Shown here: piece after piece, positions 28,122 to 43,295 of the stretch
Numbering within the stretch: position 1 is the first letter of the stretch
How the letters are laid out: every line of letters begins with the position of its first letter
DNA from: the human T2T-CHM13v2.0 reference genome, Homo sapiens
DNA length: 64,000 nucleotides
Direction: 5' to 3' (one strand)
Assembly: GCF_009914755.1 (NCBI RefSeq)
Contig: NC_060930.1
Notes under the pieces: generated by a model
The model's database searches: none
What the model was told of the DNA's origin: nothing
What the model saw: only the letters and a program-made list of their open reading frames with translations
Translations under genes and position numbers: made by a program

Positions 28122-29654
28122 AAATGATAGTCATTGAAGGTTCTATATGTTTTATAAGAATATTCTTTCTTATATAGCATATATGGGTCAGCACTTGCCA
28201 TTTAATGAAGTCTCAAATGGAAGAGTGTGTTCAAATTAGGTAAAACTATCCATTTGCCTCTACTTCTTTGATCAAAACCCTAGAAATATTTTTCTTGATG
28301 ATTCCTTTAACTCCTCTACCTTAATTCAGAAATAAGATAGGGTTTTGAAGTAATTTGAAGATGTCATAAAATAACCTTTTTTGTCTTCGGTATATCTAAT
28401 CTTTCTTTTCAAATACAGATAAAAAGATCTGATAATATTCTAGTTAACACTTCAATCAATTACAATATTCTGTCAATTCTATCTCAGAAGTGTTTGTCAA
28501 AAACACCCTCTCAGTTCACCCCATGGCTCCTGTCTTGAGTCTTCACCACCTCTCACTGACAGATTGAATGGTTCAAAGTAGCATTTGGGGAACACCTACT
28601 CAGGGCTGGGGATATAATGATGTACCAGATCAATGCCATCTCTGCCTTCATGGAACTTCTACTATCCGTTTTGTTGCATTAGGCTTTTCCCAACTTTCAG
28701 CCCTCACCTCATCCCCCTTCCACATTACCTTCTATAGCATCTCTACCCAGTTTGTTTTTTTACAACCTTTCAATGGTCTTCACTGACCAAAGGTTAAATT
28801 CCAAATTCTTTACCGTATATAAGGGCTTCATAATATGCTTCCTCTGGCAAACTTCTTGACACTGAAATACCTACTATTTCCCACATACAGTCTCTGAAGA
28901 CTCAATTCAGAACTTACTTTCTTCATTGCCTTCTCCATCTTCCTTTGGCTAAGTTAATTTGTTCTATGAACACTCACAATACTTTAGATAGACTTCCCCT
29001 AGAGTAGTCATGGTATCCTAAATATTATTCTTCTCTCATTTGACCAAGAACAAATGAATGAAACCTCTAAAAATAACCACTCTGCTAAATGGTTATTTTA
29101 ATATCTAAAGGAATTTCTAATTCATTCTTTCATCACATGCCTGTTAAGCATTGGTTATAAGTGTGGGACTCTGTGGGTACTAAATAGCAAAACCCTGTAG
29201 ATGTGTTCTCTGCCTTTACTGTTACTACTTTGAGAATAAATTAAAACAAGCAGAACTTTCTAGTAAGTTCTTTGGGGTAATTATGCTTTGGAAAGCCGTG
29301 GGTGTTAAAGACTAAAAAAAGTTAAATGATAGGAAGCTTGTCTGTCTCTGACTTTCAGTTGCGAGCATATGTCTAGTTTGTGGTGGTCTGGAGCTTCCTC
29401 AGCCAGTCCCAAGGTCCAGTCATCATGGTCTTGAGGAAAGTGACATTCACCTGGGGATAATTTCTGTGTATTCATTGGGCAGTTCATATAGTTTTTTGGT
29501 GATAAATCATAGGCAAGAACCAGTAGGAAAGAAGGTTCTTTTTTTTTCAGATATGCTTTCCTTTTAATTCTTGTTTTCCTCATACAAATTTAATGGACAT
29601 AAGACTTGTGGGATTTGGAGTTAATTTTATGTTTACATTTTTAAAAAAGTATTT

Positions 29655-29960
29655 CTCCCTCCCCACCCTTTCCCCTTTTCTCCTCCTACGCCTTATTCCT
29701 CTTCCTCCTCCTCCTTGTTCCTCTTCCTCCTCCTCCTCCTCTTCTTCTTCTTCCCTCCCCTCCCCTCCCGTTACTTCCTTCCTTCCTTTTTCCTCCTCCT
29801 TTCTTCCTCTTCTCCCTCTCCTCCTCCTCCTCTTCTTTCTCTTTTTCCTTTTCTTCCTCTTCTTTTCCTCATCCCCTCCTCCTTCTCTACCTCCTCCTCC
29901 TTTTTCTTCTCTTCTCTCTGTGAAACCGTTTTTTTTTTCTTTTTTTTTTTTTTTTGCCCC
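29655..29960 (+). repeat. About 300-bp polypyrimidine (CCT/CTT) low-complexity tract ending in T runs
   Basis: Seen directly; almost purine-free on the + strand. Confidence 0.95.
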
Positions 29961-31253
29961 TCCATCTCATGGTACTGATTACCATGTTAAAGGCATAGAA
30001 GACATTACATAATAAAACAGGATGACAGTCTCTTTGCTGGTCAGTTTTATTTTCATATTGTGTAAGTGTATACACAAGATGCAAAAGAGACTACAGAGTT
30101 AATCAAGAAAATAATTGATTTCCCAGATTATAAAAATGTCTAGACTTTGTATTAAAAGCAAAAGACGGGATTTTTGAAAATGTAGGGTTTTTGTGAGTTT
30201 GTTTGTTAAGGATTTTTCTGAAACAGAGGAGGAAAAAATTACTTTGTGAGTTGGAAAGACAATGCTGTATCTTCAAAGCTTAAGACTTACTTTTAAGTGG
30301 TACTGTTCATATTGCAATTCACATTGCACACATGTTCCTCATGGTATATATTCAGTAGAATTTTTTTTTGCTTCCAAACCACATATTGGAAGTAAAACTC
30401 CTTGGATTCCATAGGTTGCATAGTTAAGTTATTGAAATATGAACACCCAGAAATAGTGGGCTTATAAATGTATATTGTACATTTTTCATATTAACCAAGA
30501 GATTTTTGAAGTTTAGTCTACTCTGCATATACTTTTAAGACCATAATAATCAGATATAGATATATGTGCTTGAAGTGCAATTGTGAAAAGCTATGGATTT
30601 CACCATCTTTAGAGGATGTACCACATACTTTTGTCCAGAAATAGATAGCATGGCCTAGAAGTATGAGTTATTCTCATCCTTTACCTCTGTGGGTTAAAAA
30701 CCACAAAGTTGAAATATAGTCTGCAAGATATACTGAAAATATATGTGTGAAGCAGTGCTAAACTTAATTGATATGTTGAGACATATATAAAACATACAGC
30801 CACTAGACTGAGAAAATGAAAATTAGTGTATGAACATTTTAGTTAATGCTGTGCTTTGCATCAAAACCTGGTGTTTATTATTATGTGCTTTTAGTAGGAG
30901 ACAGAAGCAGTATCAGTTGGAAAAACATTTCTTAGTGGATTGAGAACAGTATGCTTTCTAGTTCCTAAGTGGGAAACCTGGTTCTTTGGTTTCTTTGTTC
31001 CTGGTTAGGCTTATCCCCAGTTATTTCAGCTGAACATTTTACATACTAATGGAGTCCAGGGAAGTGTATTTGGCAGCTGTTCATGGGATAATAATGAAAT
31101 ACACTATTTAGTACTGTATGCTGCTGCTGTAAAGTGTGGGGGGTATTTTATAGAGAACTTGGTGAACAGAGCTATATCCGCTTTAATAGTGTGTGAACCT
31201 GAGTGAGGAAGTTGTATTTTCATATGAGAATAACTAGTACTCTTTTCTTACAG

Positions 31254-31303
31254 GTAAAGAAAACGTGCACAGAATCAGATGTTTCACAATCTCAGAATTC
31301 CAG
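31254..31303 (+). CDS. EYA4: EYA4 internal coding exon (exon 3, 50 nt, phase 0 to phase 2), peptide [17 protein letters not shown]
   Basis: Acceptor ctcttttcttacag| with putative branch motif TAAC at 31231-31234, and donor AG|gtacag. The translation matches from memory EYA4 residues 12-28 ([35 protein letters not shown]). Confidence 0.95.
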
Positions 31304-32058
31304 GTACAGTAAAATAAAGACCAAGACTCCCCTAAGGAGAATTGCAGTTTCGGAGCACTAGTAAGATGTTATACCTGAGACACAATTGTGATTTGAAACA
31401 TTGAGCTTCTTGAAGAACTTATCTTGATGGAAACTGTATATCATGCTGGCTAGCGTACCACTACTCATAATATTAGTCAAAGGGACTGTGATTGAAGTCA
31501 GTTTTAAGGAACAATAGTGGAAGTATCTCTAGAAATACGTGAAAAAAAATCCCTTGGCATTAAGTTAATGTTCATTTTTTTGTTCTAATTTCTTTTTATA
31601 ATGTTTTGAATCTAAAATTGTGCCAGATACTGAATAACTGTCAAATCTGTGTTTACAAAAAAAAAAAAAAAAACTATGATATTTCTTTTTCTTTGCAGTG
31701 AAACATTGCTAGATTTTGAGAATGTTGTCAAATTAGGAAACTCATAGTTAATTTGGCATTCTCGTTTGGGTTGTTTGGAGCCTGTGGAAATGATGAATTA
31801 AAGTGGTGAGGCCACTTCATATAGGAATTTAGCACCATTTAGTTGTTTGTGGTTGAACCAGATGCCCAACAGATTTTTTTAGACCTACACATTTTCATTG
31901 CTTTCATTTCAAAGTCCAGGCTGCAATTTTGAATGGATAAGTAAAAGTATCGTAAATACTATGACAATAATAAACACATGTTCTTACTATGCTATGAGTG
32001 ATATGACTTAACCTATGTGTATTCAGTTGAGAGATGGGTCTCGGTTTATTTTGTCCTA

Positions 32059-32460
<402 letters not shown>

Positions 32461-33890
32461 TTATGTATAGTCCACTTATAGTTTGAGTAACTCTTGTTTT
32501 GTTGTATGCAGTATGATATTCCTATAATTGATTCCTGTGCATATTATATTAAAATGATTGCATATGGATTTTCCCTTTGGATCATGAAGAGCATATGATA
32601 TGATATCAGATTTTTGATCTTTGATCTTTGTTCTGTGTAATTAGCTATCAAAATGGAACTAACTAATTTTAGATTATTGGAGCATTAGGAAATGGATGAA
32701 CCACTAAATGTTTTCCTACAAAGCAGAGTAGTTCTAGGATGTGCGAACAGAAGGGAAGACTGGGGCTCTATTCCTTGGAGGCACCTCCTTCCTAAGTATT
32801 TGCAGACCTATATAAGTGACCTACCTATAACTTGCTTTTTAAGGATGATATATGTAATTAGATAATTTTTGCAAGCAGCTGGTCTTGGGAGTTAGGAAAA
32901 ACAGAACAATATAATCATCCTTATTATTAATATTTCATATCAAAATTTTTTAGCTTTGAGGCTACTCAGGATTTTTGGGCAGATAATACTATGCTTAAGT
33001 AAATTTTAAACTAACAGAAAGCGATCAAACTGATTCATTGTTCATAGTTGGTATCAGTAAGTTGGAGAAGAAATAGAAAGAGTTCAGAGCTCAGTGTATT
33101 TAAACCTGGAATTAGGTCATTCTTTTTTATCTAGAAAATCCCAGCCCATGTGGCCTTAAAAATATAATTTTATTTTTAAGAAAAAAATAGTTTTTTTGAA
33201 GACTGCTTAAAATATATTTGTCATTTAATAATAACTGTCTCTCTAAATGGAAAAGTAGCCAGAGTTCCTGGAAATCAGCAGTTAGTTGCTGTGGATTAGC
33301 TGCTGCTTAAAGTTTCCTAATCTATAATGTAAATGGGTAAAATCAGGCAAATCAATTTCTAAGAACTTCATAACTTTGTGATATCAAAAACAAGCAAACA
33401 AATACAATAATTTTTCTTAAAATGTGAGATGGAAAGACCTTCAAGAAGACCTAGAGTCATTTGTTGGTTCAAGTTTGCCCAGACGTTTTGATAATGACAG
33501 GTCTCCTCTCCTGACCTGTGGTACAATGGTCAATCTCCACACTCTGGTCAATATCTATCAATAACATAAAAATGTGACTGTTCTTGGATCCTGTATTTAT
33601 TCCCCAATATTAGGCCTGAGAGTGCCAGAACTGGCACTTAATGTATTGATGGAACACCAAGGAGAGAATAAAAATATACCGAAGAGCACTCGACACAAAA
33701 AGGATACAAGAATTTACTGAATAGTGAACAAATTATATGCATGTACTGAGGTTCAGTTTTTCTAACCTGTCAAAAAACAAAAAAAATGACAACCAAACAA
33801 GAAAAATGTCTCTAATATAGACACTAAGCAGCATTATTTTAATACATACATATATGGGTACATTCTTTTTTGCTCATTAAGAACCACAGG

Positions 33891-34358
<468 letters not shown>

Positions 34359-36214
34359 TTATTCTAAACAAATATCAAATAAAGAATTGAACTCAAAGTG
34401 AAATACTGTATCCGCATAAAATGTGAGCCAGAGAACTACTGCCTAAAAAATGCTGCCTCACTTGGAACCTAAAGCTAATATCATTCATTTATTTAGTTAG
34501 CTTTATAGTATGTTGGTTTTGGATTTGAAATGATTAGAATAAATGCAGATGGAAAGTGTTTTTACAGTAGGGAAATAATTAAATTGGGTGTGGAGACTTT
34601 GACAAGAGAATTCTTGAAGTGACATATGTGTATCAGCAAATTCTTTTTCTTGCTTGGCCTTAATTCTTTTGGGAAGAAATGCTTGGGCTGCAGATGTAAT
34701 GGTATATTGGGAAAAAGAATTTACAAACCCATGCAGTATAAGTACGGCACCAAACTATCTTCTTTGAAATAGCATTACATGTATATAGTATAAGCCAGAT
34801 GTCAGGAATAGTATTTTTTCCCTGTTTCCTAAAGCTACTAAACTTGATGTCATGTGGAAAGGGATGTGATGTGCTTTGTGTAAAATTTGACATTCCTTAA
34901 ATGTTTTTCTTTTTTTGCTTTCCTCTGTGTTGCTAACCATGTCCAGGATGTACTATTGTTCCTAAACTAATGTTAACCATAAAATGAATTTATGAGAAAA
35001 ACAAAATTAATATCCTTACCCTAAAATTAAGTTTGTTACTAGATAGACCATCTTAAAACATAAACTGAAATGATATTTTGCATTGATGTTTTTTTCTGTC
35101 TTCATGGTGAATTTATTTGTGTCAATTTGGGTCCCATTTGACTCATCACCGAAAATACATGGTTCTTGTTTAATGTAATAAATAGCTCCTGGACAAATGA
35201 ATTTTACAGCAGAAGTTTCCATGAATCTTATTTTTTTAACTCCTCTACTTTCAGTCCTTTTTATTTCTGATAATGAGGTGAGGAAATAATTTATTTCATT
35301 CTTGTATTGCATACTTTACAAATATCTGAGGGTGTCTCTGTGTTAAAGTAGTCCCTATAACACACAAATGATTTCTCTGTTGAATTTCTATTTCTGTTTC
35401 TCTTTGCTTTTCCTCTCTTGGGCCACTGACTAGCATTTTCACCAAGAAGAGATCAAAGACATAGGAAGGAAATAAAACTCAAAATAGGAAATTTTTATTT
35501 TATACTCGTTTTGTTAACTAGAGAGTGAATAGAAATAGAAATTGTGGTGAAATTGGGCTGTGAAGTGACTTATCAGGAGTTAAGCCAGCTCTTGTCCTTT
35601 AGTAGCTTTGTTTCATCCTGGCCACAGTGTCACCAGTAGAATATAGTAAGGAGATCTAAGGAGAATCTTAAAATATAGGAAGAACTTGTGGTATGTATGA
35701 GCTAAGATGATAGTTTTTCCACATGGAGAATAACAAAAGATTCTGTGGATAGTGGGGAGGATTGACTCTTCTCCACTTCGTAAGTTAAAGAAATTGAGTT
35801 TGCTGAGAACTTAATGATTACCTGAAATTAGTAAAGGCCTTGGCCTGTGTCTTCTTGCCCTAGTCTTTACTAACTTTCCAATTATTAAGAGAAAGGCAAA
35901 ATGACTTTCCGTTTTTTAAAGAAGCATTGGAATTAGTTTCAGTTTAATATGTAATATTTAAGTGAGCCTCAGGGAGTTTATCTATTCAATGTCTACATGC
36001 AACAGCTTAAAAAAATGAAATTCCTAACTCCTATTATGTAGACAGTTGTGATTTAATAATGTTTAATGTATTAAATTATACATAGTTATTTGCTAGTAAA
36101 ATAATTATTGCAGTACTTCCGGAAGACTGAAATGTTTATCTGCATATAATTGCCTGTCTCAAAATTAAATGCTGTATTGTTTTCAAAGCAGGGAAAGCTG
36201 AGGGCTCCTTTGTG

Positions 36215-36960
36215 AAACATGCATAGCATTTCACTGTGTCAAATCAGAGGTCCATCTAGCCCAATATTCTGTCTCCAAGAAGTACCAAAAATCATTACTG
36301 CCAGTTTATGTTTTTCTCAAACCTGGAAGTTTGGAATATAGTTCTAAATACCTTAAATTCTCTCAATAACATGATCTGGTTGTACAGTCCACAGAATTGG
36401 GTAACCATTTCTTGGACTTAATTATATTATCATATATTATCTTTTTGACTAATGAACCCAGGAAATTACTATTCACAATGCAAAGTAATAATTAATTCCT
36501 TTAATTATTAAAAAACACCTCTTTCAAATTATAAGGCATACTTCCCCTGAAAATGATAGATATTCTAATAGTTAAATATTCTAAGAGTGTGATTTAATTC
36601 TCATGTCATTTATTTAACCTGAGTCATATTATAGCTTAATCTTTTTCTTCCCAATTTGGAAAGTGTTTTGTCTTGTTTCAAAGTCTGGCCTCATGTGGAT
36701 GCTTCTCTAGTCTTTTCATCATTTTTGGCTGGCATTTACTGGAGATTTTCAGAATTTGTTTTACCTTTTCTGGGGTGTGCTGACAGATTCCTGCAGATAT
36801 GGATGCAGATGGGGCTGTGAATGAGGGTGAATGATGTCCTCTGTTTTGCTGTTAATTGTGTCTTTGATAGCTGACCTATCTTGATCCTTTGTTCATGGTG
36901 GCATCTGTGCTGATTTCCTCAGATAATTGTCTGTGGTGTTTGCCAAATCACTTATTTCAG
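36215..36960 (-). mobile_element. Ancient CR1/L3-type LINE 3' fragment (Plat_L3-like)
   Basis: ggtccatctagcccaatattctgtctcc and downstream degenerate matches to the antisense CR1 RT C-terminus (ttttctggggtgtgctgacaga...cagatggggct). Confidence 0.55.
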
Positions 36961-36989
36961 TGATAATTGCAGCTTTAAAAAACAGTCTC

Positions 36990-37639
<650 letters not shown>

Positions 37640-38269
37640 TCATTCATACCGTGTTTATTTAACCTTTGCCTCACTGTCTTCAGCTCCCTAGGTTTTATTC
37701 TTGATGCTTTTGCTTTTCTTTCATTTCATACTTTTTCATGTATAATCTCTGTTTACAACTCTTGATGTGGCCCACAGTGCCTAGCATGCTCCGCCCACGT
37801 CCTTCTGCTTCTGCTCGGTGTGCATGAGCTGCTGCTTGTTAGGAGGTCTGCATTCACCACTGCTACTTGCCTCTCTCCACAGAGGCTGGGACTCTCCTTC
37901 CCTTTCAGTTTCTCCTTTCCCCTCCCACCTTTGCTTACCTACATCATTTCAAATCATCTTCCAGATGTTTTGCGCCCGTTGCAGCACTCTCCCCTTCTCT
38001 AATTAGAGACAACTTAATGGTTATTCATTTCACTAGTATAGAGACTTAGAGCTTGATTTCATAGGTCAGGCATCTACAAACTGTGATATGAAAGGAGAGA
38101 TTGCTAGGGACAGACCTTTAAGTGGAGTGGCTGCCAAACTCCTGAAGAAGCTCAGTGCTTTAAGGAAGCCTTTCCTATCCAGCCAACTAGTCCAGCCCCA
38201 CTGTCATAAGGCCACAGGGTACCATGTTCTTCTCCTTCAGAGATTCTGCATGTGGTAGATGCCTCCTCA

Positions 38270-38400
38270 GTTCACCAGACTATAAGCTCTACAAGGTTAG
38301 AGTTCATATCTGCCTTTGTTCACCATTGCCTCATTAGTATACAGCACAGGGCCTAGCACATAGCAGGTCCCCAGTACATATCTGTTAAATGAATGAATAA
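38270..38400 (+). mobile_element. L2 3' end
   Basis: agactataagctc...ttgttcacc...agcacagggcctagcacatagcagg...aatgaatgaa. Confidence 0.75.
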
Positions 38401-39076
38401 CTTCCAAATACACAAATCTGGCTTGCAATTGCTCCTGGAATATCTCTTTTAACCACAAATCCCTAGTGTAATTTAGTTAGGGATTTCTCTCTGCCATCTC
38501 AGCTCCACTTGTGAAAAATTGTAATTACACTTCTTTCCCCAGGGTCTTTCCTTTCTAGTGATAAATAATTCTCTCAGTTGTCCTGTCTCAGAACTTTTAA
38601 GCAATCTTTGACTTCTTGCTCCCTTTCCTAATCCTGCTGGTCATCAAGTTGACATTCAGCTATAGCCCCCCCAATTTTCTATGAAACCATGTTTTTTGAA
38701 TTTTCCTCTGCCGTGCTTTTTGAATCTCTTTATCCTGCCTCACCTCACTGCCACTATGAAAGTTCAGAATCTTGCCACCTCACCTCTGAATGAATGCAGT
38801 AGGTCTTCACATGGCTTACAGGGTCTAGACCCTGCCTTTCTGTTCTGCCAAGACTGTCAGAGAGCCTTTCTTAATGACACTTTCCATATGGTGTTGCCGT
38901 GTTGGTCAATTGATCAGGCAGTATTCAGTAGACAGAGTATATACAGAAGCATGAGCAAATAACCTTAAAAGTTTATATGTGCAGGAAGTAAAAATGTGAA
39001 AATATACTTTTTGTGCCTAATTACTGCCCACAAAAGGTCAGGGGTTTTCTGGGCTACCTGTTGTCCACTCTCCTAG

Positions 39077-39386
<310 letters not shown>

Positions 39387-39986
39387 CTATTTCCCTTATT
39401 TTACTCTGTTAAATGTTGCTTGAGTCTCATTTTGTATTCTACCTATCATTCCAAACTGACATAGCAGTGCATGGCTCTAACATTAGTCCCAAAACATTCT
39501 AGGAAAAAATATATACCAGTTACATAGGTAATGTTTTCCATCTCCCCTGCTGTCTCCATTTCCTACATGTATCATAGAGTAAAATCATGTATGTGTGAAC
39601 TCTGTGGCCACCCAAGGGCATCTATTTTTAGGTAATACTTATCTGGTAAGTTCTACAGATGAAATCATTTCATTAGAGGGATAGAGGAGAATAAGAGCAC
39701 CAGAGTGCAGTTTGAGCACTGGGGGTTAGTGTGGTTAGGAAGGGCTTCATAGAAGATTGGGGGGCTATAGCTGAATGTCAAAGAATAGATAAATTTTGAA
39801 GAAATGAAGGAAAGAGAACTCACAGTGAGGTACAAACAAACAAACAAACAAACCAAAAAACCCAGGAGCTGAAATTGAAAGGTATGGTTTTTGGATAGTC
39901 CCACTTGATCCATGTGAAGAAATAGTAGATGAGATTAGAAAGTTAGGGTAGGTTAGCACAGCTTGTGGCTGGTTTAGCTTGCTAGT

Positions 39987-40655
39987 TGTTTTAGTTAGGA
40001 CTCTTATTGGTTGCAGCTACTGTTGTCAGCCAGTTGAAGCAGAAAAAGGAAGTTTTAGTATCTATTATTTTTTGGGTTTTGTTTTTGTTTTTTTTTTTTT
40101 TTTTTGAGATGGAGTTTCGCTCTTGTTGCCCAGGCTGGAGGGCTGGAGTGCAATGGCATGATCTTGGCTCACCACAACCTCCACCTCCCGGGTTCAAGCG
40201 ATTCTCCTGCTTCAGCCTCCTGAGTAGCTGGGATTACAGGCATGCACCTAAGCAAAGGATTAATTTCTTAACTCGGGAAAAGAGGGCTTGCTGAATTTCA
40301 GAAGGTATGGGAGACACAGATTATCTCCCTGTTCATCTCTTATTCATCTCTGTCCCCTTTGCTTCACCGTTCTGTGTCTTTATCTCTCTGGCTGACCAGC
40401 TTTGTTTTTCTCCAGGCCACACAACAAGAGGAAAATGCCCATGTGACACTGCTCCTGATTTTATACATTTGACTTCTTTAGCCACCTAGATAATAGATTC
40501 CTCTCTTTTTCATTATCTCAGTTCCAGATTTCTAGGGACGGGAATGTTTTCAGAGAGTCAGGGTCACAAAACAGAAATGTGGCTTTCAGGAGCCACCTCT
40601 GGGAGCCTATGAATTGGGTTGTGAGGAGCTTTCAAGCAAAGGTTGAGGGTAGATA
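39987..40655 (-). mobile_element. Old MaLR LTR (MLT1J/K-like) interrupted by an Alu fragment
   Basis: tgttttagttaggactcttattggttgca...aagcagaaaaaggaagttt terminus. Confidence 0.45.
40068..40248 (-). mobile_element. Alu right arm (Sp/Sq-like), truncated
   Basis: gagatggagtttcgctcttgttgcccaggctggag(ggctggag)tgcaatgg. Confidence 0.92.
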
Positions 40656-42159
40656 ACCCACAAGTGCCCTCTACTTTCTACTCCTTCCCTTCCCAGGACA
40701 TTTTTAACCTGCCAGTTTTATCCAGCACCTACCCCTCCCTCATCCTTCACTTTATAATCCAGCCTATATAAACTAGCATATATCAAGGAAATTGAAAATG
40801 CACTCCCCCCTTTCCTAATTAGAGACAACTCAATGGCTATTCATTTTACTACTATAGAGACTTAGAGCTTGATTTCATAGATCAGGCATCTACAAACCGT
40901 GATCTGAAAGTAGAGATTGCTGGAGACAGACCTTTAAGTGGAATGGCAGCGAAACTGCAAAGTAAGAGGAACTCAGTTCCCCTCTTTATATAAACTCTTG
41001 TACCAATTTTTGGCCTCCCTATACCCATCCCCAAGCTGACCAGTTCCTATTCAAGGGACCCAGTCTTCTCTTCGGCTCTCAAATACCAATTCAAATGCAA
41101 ATTGCTTTCTCCATTTCCTGTGTGTAGTTGTTAGATAATTGTCTGACTAATGCCCTCAATTTTGCCAAGATTAGTGTCTAGGTTTTAGCTCTTTAAAAAA
41201 AAAAACAATGTTCAAACATACCTGCAGAAAGACAGTCAGCAATCAATAACCTAGAGCCCAGATTTAAAACTTGGCAAGCTCTCTTACAGGTATTGAGAGC
41301 TCACCAATGGATTTCTGATCAGGTAATGATATAATTAAAATTGTACTGGTGATGACAGATCAACTGTGACTCAGGTGCTTGGAGGCAGGGAGACCAGCTA
41401 TGAAACTTACATAAAAGGCTGGAGAGACACTTAGCAAATTGTGGTTATTTTGGGGCGGCATTACACACTATTTTTTTCATAGCTTAAACACATTTTCCAA
41501 ATTTTCTACAGTGGATACTTATTTCTTTTGATTTAAGAACAAATACATGCATATAAAGCCTGAAATAATAGATTTGGCTTGAAATAGGCATGGTGGCAGG
41601 GGGAAGGATCTGGCCTCTTCTTTCTGACAGCTTGCATTGTTCTTTAGAGATGAGAAAATGCCTGTCTTCGCCACATGTATTAGTGATTAATTCCAGAAAA
41701 TGGCTGTGTTCCTGGTCAGCCTCTCCTACAGTAAACTGAGCTCAGAAATCTTTGTGGTTAACAGTACAAAACTCGTTCTGGAGACTGTTAGCTGCTTGAG
41801 TTAATTTGGTCAGAGTAATTCCTCATGTAAAGCAGCATTTGTGCAGTGACTTCTATCCAGAAGACCTAAGGAGCTAGGACAAGACTCTGCTTTGCATCAC
41901 AGGGGTAATTAGAATGTTGTCGATTGAGGGCAACAACCATCTCTGAGTATTCTCCAAGATTGCTTAGGGGTTATTAAGCATCTTAAATCCTTATTTTGCA
42001 CTTAGAGCATCTGTAGTGCAGAAATTCTAGACTCAGTGTGAGTAGAAACATAGAAGCTTTTGTGGTCCACTTCATGCTTGGCCAACTCTAGATGGTAATA
42101 GAAAGGGGGATATAGTGGTTTTCCTCTCAGTAGTTCAATTAAATGCTTATTCTCCTCCT

Positions 42160-42490
42160 TAAAGGTACTATTTATTGAGCATCTACTATGGGTCAGGCAC
42201 CAAATGCTTGAGATACGTCAGTAAACAAAACAAGAGCATACATGGTAAAGGAGTATGTTAGAAGGTAATACATAACCACCAATTAAATAAAATAGGGAGG
42301 ATCAGGAACATTGCGGAGGGGAATGGTTGTGGTTTTAAATTGGGTGATATTTTAGCAAACTTGAAGGAAATGAATGAGTGAGCCAAGCAGAGAGCTGGTG
42401 GAAGTACACTCCCTTCAGTAAAAGCCTGCGTGGCATGTTCAGGTGACAGAAGAGGGAAGGACAGTGTGGCTAGAATAGAGTGAGCCCAGA
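42160..42490 (-). mobile_element. L2 fragment
   Basis: tatttattgagcatctactatgggtcaggcac...gtggctagaatagagtgag. Confidence 0.65.
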
Positions 42491-43154
42491 GTTCAAAATT
42501 TGAAATAGCAATATTCTAGAAAAAGCTACTATTTCTAGTCTTTTCCACATTTTGGAAATATTTACTTGTAATTTCAATAAACCATTTTCAAATAAATGTC
42601 TTGGACTAATTGCCTCTTTTGTCACTGCTACAAGATGGGGCTGATCCCCAACCAGGAACACCTCTCTCTGCCACACCACACACATCTTCTAAGACTAGGG
42701 CTCTCTCCTGATCAGAAGGCTTCAAGATTCTTCACCAGTGGAACTCGAAGTCTTAAGGCTTTTTCTAAAGTAGTGTTCTTAAAGTTTCAGTCTTAAATAT
42801 AGATGAGGGCTTAATAGAGATTCCAAAATTTTGATTTGTAAAGGTACAGAGATTCTGCTTATTATCTTACATTTAATCATCACATTTCAGTTGTCTTAGC
42901 AACCTACACAGTATTCTCATTTGGTTTTCAATAAGCCAATGGATGAATGGGTTCTTTGTTCACGTGTTTATGAATTTCTATCACCTGATACTTGAAGTCT
43001 TTCAGGCATGCTTACTGTGCCAAATAACTGTCTTTATATTCCTAAAATTCATGTAGCTAAAATTAAGCTCTACTTTTTCTAAATATTTACATTTCCAATG
43101 AGAGAATCTCCAACATAAGAATAGTTGGAAAAATGTATATATAAGCTTGTATTT

Positions 43155-43295
43155 TTTTTTTTTTTTTTTTTTGGTCATCGAATGATTTAATCCACTCTTA
43201 AAATTCTAGAAAAAGTTATATCAAACAAATACTTGTCTTGCTTGGGTAGTAAGAGCCAAATAATACAGGTATCTTTAGTTCAACAGCGGCACCTT
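43155..43295 (-). other. Short retroposed insertion of unrecognised sequence (mRNA 3' end or orphan transduction)
   Basis: Perfect 15-bp TSD TATAAGCTTGTATTT (43140-43154, 43296-43310); T run 43152-43172; ATTAAA on the minus strand 13 nt before the tail. Confidence 0.85.

Noticed and set aside
29593-30084. Ser/Pro/Phe-rich and Lys/Glu/Arg-rich ORFs
   Set aside because: Artefacts of the stop-free polypyrimidine tract.
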